Source: Chitinophagaceae bacterium (GTDB taxonomy: Bacteria > Bacteroidota > Bacteroidia > Chitinophagales > Chitinophagaceae). Taken from it: 55,491 bases of DNA. The position numbers and the translations under genes are program-made. Shown here piece after piece: positions 1 through 7,533 of the stretch (within the stretch, counting starts at the first letter, position 1; every line of letters begins with the position of its first letter). The stretch spans positions 1 through 55,491 of the forward strand of contig JBGTIL010000002.1 in assembly GCA_041745695.1 (NCBI GenBank), read 5' to 3'. The notes beneath the pieces were generated by a model. That model was given only the letters and a program-made list of their open reading frames with translations, searched no databases and was not told the DNA's origin.

Positions 1-14
1 ATCCTTTGCAGTGT

Positions 15-44
15 TTTGTCAAATTATAAATTAACGTAGGTTTG
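15..44 (+). promoter_or_regulatory. Bacteroidota sigma70-type promoter of the tRNA-Leu gene
   Basis: TTTG at 15-18 and TAGGTTTG (TAnnTTTG) at 37-44, just upstream of the tRNA. Confidence 0.6.
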
Positions 45-56
45 CAGCTCCTGCCT

Positions 57-140
57 GCCCAGGTGGCGAAATTGGTAGACGCACTGTGTTCAGGTCGCAG
101 CGTTCGCAAGGATGTGCTGGTTCGAATCCAGTCCTGGGCA
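57..140 (+). tRNA. trnL: tRNA-Leu(CAG), host gene and prophage integration target
   Basis: Acceptor stem GCCCAGG/CCTGGGC, D-loop with TGGTAG, anticodon loop TTCAGGT (CAG at 91-93), long variable arm, T-loop TTCGAAT; CCA not encoded. Confidence 0.97.
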
Positions 141-141
141 C
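125..141 (+). repeat. attL core AATCCAGTCCTGGGCAC
   Basis: Identical 17-mer at 53526..53542; corresponds to the tRNA T-loop/3' end. Confidence 0.95.
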
Positions 142-145
142 GCGC

Positions 146-183
146 AATCGTAAAGGCTTATTTTTCAAGCCTTTACGATTTTT
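146..183 (+). terminator. Intrinsic terminator after the tRNA
   Basis: 14-bp stem AATCGTAAAGGCTT/AAGCCTTTACGATT followed by Ts. Confidence 0.8.
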
Positions 184-192
184 AAAAGTCGA

Positions 193-212
193 CAGTGCCA
201 AATCAGTGCCAA
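193..212 (+). promoter_or_regulatory. Putative integrase arm-type binding sites
   Basis: CAGTGCCAA twice at 11-bp spacing (193, 204); related motifs at 53428-53456. Confidence 0.65.
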
Positions 213-1375
213 TGAAATATGCAGATTACCGGCCTGCCCGGATCGTGAAAACAAAAACCAGATGGTATGTCGAGTACTATTACCGCGTTCCGCTCGAACT
301 GCGAGAAAAGGTCGGCAAGGAATGGCAAAGGTTCCGGGTTTTTGAAGATATCAACATTTTCAAAACTGACGATTATGCAGAAACATTGCGAAATGCAATC
401 AATATTAAATTAGCAGCAGGCGAAGGCCCTTACGATTACCCCAAAGAGGTTTTCGCCGTTGAGGAAGAAGTCAAACCCCAAGCCCTTAGCCTTAACGTGG
501 CGCTGGATAAGTTCATGGAAAATTGCAGGGAAAAAGACCTGCGACCGAAGACACTGCAGAACTACAGAACCGTTGTTAACTATCTGAAAGAGTACTTTCT
601 GAAAGCAGATAATAAGATATATAGGCCCGTTGCTTACTTCAGCAAGGATGATATGAAAACTTTCCTGAAAGAATCGAAGCAAAAAAACAAATGGCAGAAC
701 TACACTTTCAATAATTACCTGGGTTTTGCAAAAACAATCTTCAACTGGTTTGTCAAAGAGGATATCATAGAGAAGTCGCCGTTTCGGGATATCGAAGACC
801 TGCCGGTGAATATTACGAAACACAAGTATTACGATCACGTGACTTCAGATAAGCTGAAAGAGTTGATGCTGAAGGACGATCCAATGATCTACAAGGTGTG
901 CATGTGCGTGTATTACGCAGGCCTCAGACCAAAGAGCGAGCTCCGGTTTTTGAAGATCGAAAACATTCTGGCTGACCGGGATCTGATTTTCATTCCCGCC
1001 TCAATATCGAAAAACAGAAAGGACGATTATGTGCAGATGGACAGAAACATGAAGGAAATGCTTTCGGCCTGGTTGCAGTTTCCGAAAGATTATTATCTGT
1101 TCGGTCCTGATGGTGAACCTTCTGAAAAGCATACGAGCGCTAATACTTTCTCCAACAGGTTCAAGAAATTCAAAATTAAGCTCAGGTTGGGAGAAGACTT
1201 CACGCTATACAGCTGGAAACATACCCGCGCTATCGATCTTGCGGAAGCAGGCGCCGACCCCTATCAGATCATGCAGCTTTTCCGGCATAGCAGCCTTGAC
1301 ATTACTATCAAGTATCTGAGGGGGTTGGGTTGCAATATAAGTTCCGAAATTTCGGACAAGAGTCGGAAGTTTTGA
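212..1375 (+). CDS. int: Tyrosine integrase
   Basis: Catalytic R (GLRPKSEL), K (SKNRK), HxxR (KHTRA), RHSS, Y (TIKYL); SAM-like core-binding region; ATG at 212 chosen because the 86 start overlaps the tRNA. Confidence 0.95.
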   Translation: MKYADYRPARIVKTKTRWYVEYYYRVPLELREKVGKEWQRFRVFEDINIFKTDDYAETLRNAINIKLAAGEGPYDYPKEVFAVEEEVKPQALSLNVALDKFMENCREKDLRPKTLQNYRTVVNYLKEYFLKADNKIYRPVAYFSKDDMKTFLKESKQKNKWQNYTFNNYLGFAKTIFNWFVKEDIIEKSPFRDIEDLPVNITKHKYYDHVTSDKLKELMLKDDPMIYKVCMCVYYAGLRPKSELRFLKIENILADRDLIFIPASISKNRKDDYVQMDRNMKEMLSAWLQFPKDYYLFGPDGEPSEKHTSANTFSNRFKKFKIKLRLGEDFTLYSWKHTRAIDLAEAGADPYQIMQLFRHSSLDITIKYLRGLGCNISSEISDKSRKF

Positions 1376-1384
1376 TAGGGGTTT

Positions 1385-1633
1385 TTACACTTCCACAAAA
1401 TCAACCTCCACGCCCAGTGCCTCCGCGATCTTATGTAGCGTGTCCGCGGTCACATTATACTTCCCGCGTTCGATGCGGTTGATATTCACGCGCAGGATGC
1501 CGACAGCGTCACCAAGCTGCTCCTGCGTCATGTCCGCGCCTTCGCGGAGTTCCCTGATGCGTTGGCCGATGCGGAGGCGGTGAGGGTGTAGGTTAGCTTT
1601 ATTTTTGATCGGCATATAATAGCTTGTGTTCAT
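1385..1633 (-). CDS. XRE-family HTH regulator
   Basis: IGQRIRELREGADMTQEQLGDAVG...INRIERG...LHKIAEALGV; start may be 1615. Confidence 0.9.
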   Translation of the reverse strand: MNTSYYMPIKNKANLHPHRLRIGQRIRELREGADMTQEQLGDAVGILRVNINRIERGKYNVTADTLHKIAEALGVEVDFVEV

Positions 1634-1877
1634 ACCCCATCAGCCATCTATTGTGCTGATTCATTAAGTGAGCTTGAATGAGTTTGTTGCCATTTATCAA
1701 CATTTTCCTTTGAATATCTAATGCTTCGGCGGGGTATTCATAATTCACATCCTTACCAACTATATTACCTTTTCGGTCAACTCTTGCGGTGAAACCTTTT
1801 GTTTTCTTAATGTCAACAACATTATAGTAATCTATAATTAGTTGACGCGCTTCTTTAAGTAATTCTTCACGAGTCAT
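1599..1877 (-). CDS. Hypothetical protein
   Basis: 92-aa ORF tightly packed between its neighbours. Confidence 0.65.
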   Translation of the reverse strand: MTREELLKEARQLIIDYYNVVDIKKTKGFTARVDRKGNIVGKDVNYEYPAEALDIQRKMLINGNKLIQAHLMNQHNRWLMGYEHKLLYADQK

Positions 1878-1878
1878 A

Positions 1879-2301
1879 TTAGTTGATTTTGATTGTTTTC
1901 TCCCAGCGACCGTTGCTATATTTGAAGTTGTTGCCTTTTAATTCTTCTTTCATGTTGAAAGTTCCATTTCCTTTTGCAACAATTTGAATCTCGTTCTTTC
2001 CGAAATCGCAAATACTAACATAACTAATTTCCACGTCATCTCTTTTCAGGAGGGTAGCTTTTTTCATTTCTTCAGCTACAGCTTTTGCAATATCAGTTAG
2101 GTGTGCAATTTGTATAGCCTTTGCCCTACATGCTTCGTTAAGCGTGATTTTTTCTTTTGCAAAATCGAAAACAATGTCATTTTCGTTGTTGAGAACTCTT
2201 GCAGCAGCCATAATAATAGCCGCGCTTTTTGCGTTTTCGTTAACTGCATTCATGTTGTTGATCTGGAATGCGTTTTCGTTGATTATTGTGAAAGTTGCCA
2301 T
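1879..2301 (-). CDS. Hypothetical phage protein
   Basis: 140 aa; C-terminal GNGTFNMKEELK..F.Y...W motif of a kind common in small phage proteins; own promoter upstream. Confidence 0.7.
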   Translation of the reverse strand: MATFTIINENAFQINNMNAVNENAKSAAIIMAAARVLNNENDIVFDFAKEKITLNEACRAKAIQIAHLTDIAKAVAEEMKKATLLKRDDVEISYVSICDFGKNEIQIVAKGNGTFNMKEELKGNNFKYSNGRWEKTIKIN

Positions 2302-2344
2302 CTTCGTGTTGCCGTATATTAAGCGTTGCCGCCGCTTTGAGAGT

Positions 2345-2376
2345 GTAAGATAGTATCATATATGATACGTTCCAAA
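2345..2376 (-). promoter_or_regulatory. Promoter with a perfect 16-bp palindromic operator
   Basis: Minus strand TTTG-N20-TATCTTAC; spacer holds GTATCATATATGATAC (2353..2368). Confidence 0.7.
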
Positions 2377-2400
2377 TTTATTTTGATTTATTTTTTTGCA

Positions 2401-2431
2401 AATAAAAGCCCCCTGTAAAAACAAGGGGCTT
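2401..2431 (-). terminator. Intrinsic terminator at the end of the late transcript
   Basis: Minus-strand stem AAGCCCCTTGT/ACAGGGGGCTT with a G.U pair, followed by a U-rich tract. Confidence 0.7.
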
Positions 2432-2589
2432 ATAAAAACAACTGCTATGAGAAACACTTCTCAAAAAAGTCCTGCAAAATTGCAGACCTTTTTTTATGAT
2501 GTTTATGCGTAAATGAGCATTATTTTGTTCGGTTCATGTAAAAATGCAGAACTTTTTGCTGGTAAAACGCACTTTATGCTTGACCGCTC

Positions 2590-3294
2590 TTATTTCGGAT
2601 ACTTTGCCTTAATGAATGACTTGTCTGTAGTTGAAAGCTGACTATTGAAAGGCACGCTGAACCCGTCCAGTGTAAACTCTTTCGGAACCGGATAAGCCAT
2701 GATGCTCTCATTATCAAAGGCGCTGAACTGTGTAAGCGTCTGATCGTACTTCTCAAACAAATTCCAGTCCACCTCCTCCTTACTCCAAAAGTTTGGTGCT
2801 CCCTGGTAATACCGATACACCGCTTCTTTGTTCCAGTTGATCCCCGTCGCAGGCGACTGATGCTCGTGAATGCAGCCTAATGCATGACCAAACTCATGCA
2901 CTACCACTCTTTCGTATTCTGCCGGGTCTGAATTATCTTCCAGCCAGCCGTAACACATCGTCGGTTCATTATCCGGCACTAAGAGAGCATCAGTACCTAC
3001 CGTACTCCATGATCCCGCCTGATCAAACGTGATCCGTATCATACCCGTTCGCCCGCTAAGAAACCGGAACTTTATATTAGCATGGGTAAGCCAACGCCGT
3101 GCATGTTCCCGCACCTTATACCTTTGAACCGAAGACCCGTCCATAAACGAAATTGTGACCACTTTCCCGGGCATCCACATCTTTGACGATATAAGAGCCA
3201 TCTTCGAGAGCAATCCCTGAACCTGCGGCTCCTGTGCGCGATTCTTATGCCTCCTGATATCATAATCCGTGCAGACCTTAATTATTTCTGACAT
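2590..3294 (-). CDS. Astacin/metzincin (M12-like) zinc metallopeptidase
   Basis: HEFGHALGCIHEH zinc motif, SIMAY Met-turn, GSWSTVGTD; no signal peptide; start MSEIIKVC assumed. Confidence 0.9.
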   Translation of the reverse strand: MSEIIKVCTDYDIRRHKNRAQEPQVQGLLSKMALISSKMWMPGKVVTISFMDGSSVQRYKVREHARRWLTHANIKFRFLSGRTGMIRITFDQAGSWSTVGTDALLVPDNEPTMCYGWLEDNSDPAEYERVVVHEFGHALGCIHEHQSPATGINWNKEAVYRYYQGAPNFWSKEEVDWNLFEKYDQTLTQFSAFDNESIMAYPVPKEFTLDGFSVPFNSQLSTTDKSFIKAKYPK

Positions 3295-4840
3295 TATATT
3301 TTTTTTTGGGTTGAACACCTTGCCTTAATTGAACACCGGGCCACTCAATCCGGATGCCCCTGGTAGGGTATGCCGAAACCGTTACCTTAAACGTTTTTGT
3401 AATTATCCTGGCTGTAGTTCCCGAGACGTTTGCATCTACGGTTATCTTCCCGGTGGCCACTCCCGGAGATACCGCTGTAATCCACATTCCTGCACTGTCG
3501 TAAGTCGCGGTAAATACTTTCAGGTCATTGCTGATCACCTGAAGCGATCCGCGCCTGATGGCTGAGGGTGCATTGAATGTGTCAACAGGGATAATCTTAG
3601 CATAGAACCGGGCAGCGGGGAAAGTCGTAACCTCGTCCGTACCGACCGGGACCACCACTGGCGGGGGTGGTGTTACAACTACAGCAGAACCCGTATGCCC
3701 GAGCTTGATGCCATTAGCTGCGAGTTTAGCTTGCCACTTCGGGTATTCAGCATCCTCCGTAGCCAGCGTTATCGGATTAGGTAAGCTGACATTGTCAGTA
3801 GGCAGAATATTAATCGGTGATCCTGCTGTAACTACATAATCCTGTCGGTTAGGCAGCGGTGTATTGATTCCCGGACGTGCATAACCAATGGTATTGCCCT
3901 TGATACTGATATTGTTGAAAACATCAGACGGTAAATCACAACCGTTCCAGATAGCAGCGCCACCCCAAAATCTGAAAGATTGCTGGCCGTTCGGGAAAAG
4001 GCCTGAGCTAATGATCGTATTGCCGGTGGCGTGAATGTCGTGGCCACCATTTATGTTTATACCCCCATTACAAACGCTTACAACCTGGTTGTTTGTGATA
4101 TTCACATACTGGGAAACGTTCTGGTATGTCCGGTTCCCCGGATTGCATTCTACTGTAATACCCGATCCAGTATAGTTATCAGCTGATAGCGGGTACGGAT
4201 AAGCACCCTTAATGTAATTGTCGTGTATGAGATAAGGAGTTCCTGATAATCCTCCAGAGTTCCCGAGGTTAATATTATCCTCTACCCAGGAATTATTTAT
4301 TTCGTTAATAAATTCATTCCAGGCAATTTCCCCGGTTACGCCCCGCACCTGGTTAAACAGTATTGATGCCCGGTGATCACCCTCTGACATATCTACCCGC
4401 CTTTTATCCGTGTTTTTAATCCGGTTATAGCGGATCATTACCGATTTTGTATTTTCATTAAAGAAGTCAACCAATAACCCGCCGGTGTGATCTACGGTAT
4501 TATTTTCAAAGATTAAGTACTGAGGATGATAGACATCAAGAGCTCGACCCCATTGATTATTGTCCGTTGGTTTTCCTCCCCGGATAACATTATGATGGAT
4601 ATTTAGTTTCGTACCTCCGTAGGCTTTTATGCCGATCCCGGCGCTTTCGATTACACATCCCGTTATTTCAACCGGATCATAAGTTTGAATAAGCAGAGCA
4701 GGAACATTACTATCGAGGCTCCTGTAGTTACCTGTTACCGGCCCTCCGGCTGTTACTGTTTTAGGAGGGAGCCATGTTGTATCAGCTGCGAAGCCTGGTA
4801 TACTGATAGAAAAGAAAAAAAGAATTGAAAGCAGTTTCAT
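3278..4840 (-). CDS. Secreted right-handed beta-helix protein with C-terminal Ig-like domain
   Basis: Signal peptide MKLLSILFFFSISIPGFA; repeated I.NN.I/V coils; Pro/Val linker VVVTPPPPVVVP. Confidence 0.8.
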   Translation of the reverse strand: MKLLSILFFFSISIPGFAADTTWLPPKTVTAGGPVTGNYRSLDSNVPALLIQTYDPVEITGCVIESAGIGIKAYGGTKLNIHHNVIRGGKPTDNNQWGRALDVYHPQYLIFENNTVDHTGGLLVDFFNENTKSVMIRYNRIKNTDKRRVDMSEGDHRASILFNQVRGVTGEIAWNEFINEINNSWVEDNINLGNSGGLSGTPYLIHDNYIKGAYPYPLSADNYTGSGITVECNPGNRTYQNVSQYVNITNNQVVSVCNGGININGGHDIHATGNTIISSGLFPNGQQSFRFWGGAAIWNGCDLPSDVFNNISIKGNTIGYARPGINTPLPNRQDYVVTAGSPINILPTDNVSLPNPITLATEDAEYPKWQAKLAANGIKLGHTGSAVVVTPPPPVVVPVGTDEVTTFPAARFYAKIIPVDTFNAPSAIRRGSLQVISNDLKVFTATYDSAGMWITAVSPGVATGKITVDANVSGTTARIITKTFKVTVSAYPTRGIRIEWPGVQLRQGVQPKKKYNVRNN

Positions 4841-5274
4841 GATTGAAGTAGTTTAATTATTGAAGCAAGTTTTTGATAATACCGGGGATCAGTAGCATAC
4901 CCGGCCTTAGCTACCTCCCGCGCGAACAAATAAGGATCTGTGAAACGGAAAGCTCCAGCATAGCGCTTGTACTTTCTCAGGAAATTACCCTGATCGGTGA
5001 AGCTGGCGGCCGGCGTCTGATATCTTCTGAAGTACTGTTTAATCTTGATCCATTTGCCGGTGCGGCGGTTGTACTCGGTCGTTAGAAACTCAATCTCGTT
5101 ACCGTTGACGCCGTCCGTATCCTTAATGCCGAAAAAGTTATTCCCTTTCACATGCTTTCCGAACCCGCTCTCCAATGCAGCCTGGGCAAGCGTGAACAGT
5201 GCCGGAACACCGGTCTTTAATTCGCTCTCTTTTGCAAAGTGATAGTAAGTCGAGAAAAATTGTTTTGGTGTCAT
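4837..5274 (-). CDS. Endolysin, GH73/FlgJ-like glucosaminidase
   Basis: AQAALESGFG (catalytic E), NNFFGIK, GYATDPRY. Confidence 0.92.
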   Translation of the reverse strand: MTPKQFFSTYYHFAKESELKTGVPALFTLAQAALESGFGKHVKGNNFFGIKDTDGVNGNEIEFLTTEYNRRTGKWIKIKQYFRRYQTPAASFTDQGNFLRKYKRYAGAFRFTDPYLFAREVAKAGYATDPRYYQKLASIIKLLQS

Positions 5275-5287
5275 AGATTACCATCTG

Positions 5288-6130
5288 TTAGAATTTAATA
5301 TTCAGTTTCACTCCCCACTGATCACCGGTATTGAACAGCGGCGCACCGGCTCCTTTCTCGTATACCATATCGAAGGACTTGGTATCGGTCAGGTAAGTTC
5401 TTACAACCCCTTCAAGCCTGTGATAGTAACGGCTATGCACAAGGTCATACCATACATCAGCGTTGAATAACAAACCCGCATCAAGCCCGTTGTACTTTAC
5501 GATCTTGCGTGTATCGGCACTGAACGAACCCTTAGCGCGCGCAATCCAGGTGCGTACATTTTCAGATGATTCACTTTTTAAACCACCCATTCGGATGACC
5601 GTTGTCTGGCTGGCCCAAAACTTATAGCCACCCTGCAAGCCAAAATATAGCTTAGTATACCGCAACGCTTCGTGTGTAGAAGACTGGTAGTAAGGCGACC
5701 AACCAGCCTCAACAACACCGTTTATGATATTGAATAACTGTGTTGTTTCAATGCCACCCGCAAAAAGGAAAGTTTGTACTGTTCGTGATGCATCCATAGT
5801 AGTTATGCTATCCGTTTTGGTGATTGCCAGCCGCTTTGTTTTGAAGTTTGCAAAGATACCCTGCACCTGTAGTACAAGCGAACTCATCGGGGCTGCATCA
5901 GCGTTGCCACCTGTGAACTCAACTGATGGTGTTGCATAGAAAAAACTATGCTTGCCGGGTACGAATATAGACTTGATTCTGACTACCGAATCCAGCGGCC
6001 TCTGGTAGTCGAATCCTACTGTTATTGCGCTGCTGTTTGATGGTGTATGCGCTGCCCCAATGCGCAAGTTTACCTGTGCCGTAAGATTAAGACAGGAAAG
6101 GGATAATAATAATGTATAGAGTTTTTTCAT
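5288..6130 (-). CDS. Putative outer-membrane beta-barrel protein
   Basis: Signal peptide ending LTA|Q; alternating amphipathic strands; C-terminal WGVKLNIKF BAM-type signature. Confidence 0.65.
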   Translation of the reverse strand: MKKLYTLLLSLSCLNLTAQVNLRIGAAHTPSNSSAITVGFDYQRPLDSVVRIKSIFVPGKHSFFYATPSVEFTGGNADAAPMSSLVLQVQGIFANFKTKRLAITKTDSITTMDASRTVQTFLFAGGIETTQLFNIINGVVEAGWSPYYQSSTHEALRYTKLYFGLQGGYKFWASQTTVIRMGGLKSESSENVRTWIARAKGSFSADTRKIVKYNGLDAGLLFNADVWYDLVHSRYYHRLEGVVRTYLTDTKSFDMVYEKGAGAPLFNTGDQWGVKLNIKF

Positions 6131-6423
6131 GATTGTGCTTTGTATTGTGGGTTTAATGTTTTCAGTAGTTGCGCGACTGTCAGTTCATGCCAGTTGCCGG
6201 GGATGTCATCTATTTCAATCCCCTGATTATCTGCCATCGTTCTTACAGCGTTAATGTAGAGATCGCGGCCATTTGAAAGTCCGACCCCGTAGGTGGGCAG
6301 AACTGAATGTTCAGTTTTAAGTGTTGCCTTAGCACCCGAGAAGCCGCTAACGAGATCAATCATTACTTTTTCCATGATGAGTTTTGCCGGATGCTTTACC
6401 GGTTTCTTTTTTGATGTTGCCAT
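6127..6423 (-). CDS. Hypothetical protein, acyl-carrier-protein-like pattern
   Basis: QGIEIDD...LTVAQLL resembles ACP FGIEIPD...TVGDLV; canonical DSL replaced by GLSNG; ATGA overlap with the next gene. Confidence 0.45.
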   Translation of the reverse strand: MATSKKKPVKHPAKLIMEKVMIDLVSGFSGAKATLKTEHSVLPTYGVGLSNGRDLYINAVRTMADNQGIEIDDIPGNWHELTVAQLLKTLNPQYKAQS

Positions 6424-6429
6424 TTGAAT

Positions 6430-6708
6430 TTAATGTTTTGAAGATTTGTTGAAATAAGGTTGATCGTAATCTTTGACATCGATCCCAAACATTTTTGATA
6501 GCCCATGTATTGCCATATTTGCAATGGTCAGGTACTTGGTGATCTTAATTGCCAATGCCTGCGGAATATCGCCGTCTGATAAAATAATGAATGCTGTCAG
6601 GGATGAAATGTAAAAGAATATCCTGAAAGCCCATTTAGCCCAATTGGGAGTGGGTCGTGCAATTGACTTTAAGCCGAATGTTACTTCTCCTTGTGTTTGC
6701 TCTGCCAT
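6430..6708 (-). CDS. Holin-like membrane protein
   Basis: Two hydrophobic segments and a charged C-terminus, upstream of the endolysin. Confidence 0.6.
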   Translation of the reverse strand: MAEQTQGEVTFGLKSIARPTPNWAKWAFRIFFYISSLTAFIILSDGDIPQALAIKITKYLTIANMAIHGLSKMFGIDVKDYDQPYFNKSSKH

Positions 6709-6719
6709 AGTTTTAATTT

Positions 6720-7067
6720 TTATTGTTTTGATAATATGCGGAAATAATCCCGCGTGGTTTCCTCGATATTGTGTTTTATCTTATCAATTCTTTCGAACAA
6801 TTCTTTTTTGTCGTTGAACATGTCTTCTCTCAAATCCTTGAGGTTGTTTTCAACAAACTCAACATCCCTGCGTAGTTCGTTCAGGTCTTTTAACCCTTTT
6901 GATCTTTCTCTTTCTATGTCTACAGACGCCCGGTTTTTTGATTCCTGCTTCTCAACATCTGCCGCCAAATGTTCTTTGTAAACTTTGATAAACCCAAAAA
7001 CAAAAACCAGAGCCGCGCCGATTGGACCTACCGCGTTAACTATTAGTTCCCATACCTTGATGCTCAT
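6720..7067 (-). CDS. Single-TM coiled-coil protein (holin/XhlA-like)
   Basis: N-terminal TM followed by a charged heptad-rich tail. Confidence 0.55.
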   Translation of the reverse strand: MSIKVWELIVNAVGPIGAALVFVFGFIKVYKEHLAADVEKQESKNRASVDIERERSKGLKDLNELRRDVEFVENNLKDLREDMFNDKKELFERIDKIKHNIEETTRDYFRILSKQ

Positions 7068-7533
7068 CTTTACTCGGTAGTTTTAAAAGTTCATAAGTTT
7101 CTTCCATCCTCGCTAGTTGCCTGTATGCCATATCGAGTTTAAACTCGATGTCTGCGTAATTTTTCTGTACAAAGTGTACCAGCATATCATAGAATCCTTC
7201 CTCATTCTTGTTCAGATAATCTGCCCCTGCTGTACTATAAAACTTCATAAGGTCTGGCCTGTTCTGGCCACTTATGATGATAATTTTTGTCGGTATTAAT
7301 TTTTCCAAAGCCCTGTCATTATCCTTAACCTTTTGCATTACCTCAACGCAAGTCTGCTGCCCATTCAAGTGATGATCTATAATTACAATCCGCACATCTT
7401 TTGTCAGGTTTTTCAAAAAATCTTTCGTCTCTGAGAAAAGACTAAAATCTTCAATACCTGCCTCATTAAAACATTTTCCGATGAGGAATAAATCATCTGC
7501 ATCATCATCGAGCGCTATAGTTAATATTTTCAT
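7036..7533 (-). CDS. Stand-alone response-regulator receiver (CheY-like) with helical tail
   Basis: LDDD acidic pocket, IIDHHL phosphoacceptor, ISG, YLNK; ATG at 7533 overlaps the upstream stop (ATGA). Confidence 0.88.
   Translation of the reverse strand: MKILTIALDDDADDLFLIGKCFNEAGIEDFSLFSETKDFLKNLTKDVRIVIIDHHLNGQQTCVEVMQKVKDNDRALEKLIPTKIIIISGQNRPDLMKFYSTAGADYLNKNEEGFYDMLVHFVQKNYADIEFKLDMAYRQLARMEETYELLKLPSKDEHQGMGTNS

Noticed and set aside
86-211. N-terminal extension of the integrase in the ORF track
   Set aside because: It runs through the tRNA and its terminator; ATG 212 is also supported by the relic copy at 53604
6720-7067. i-spanin with embedded o-spanin
   Set aside because: No alternative-frame lipoprotein ORF of 60 aa or more, and charges after the TM suggest a cytoplasmic tail; not fully excluded
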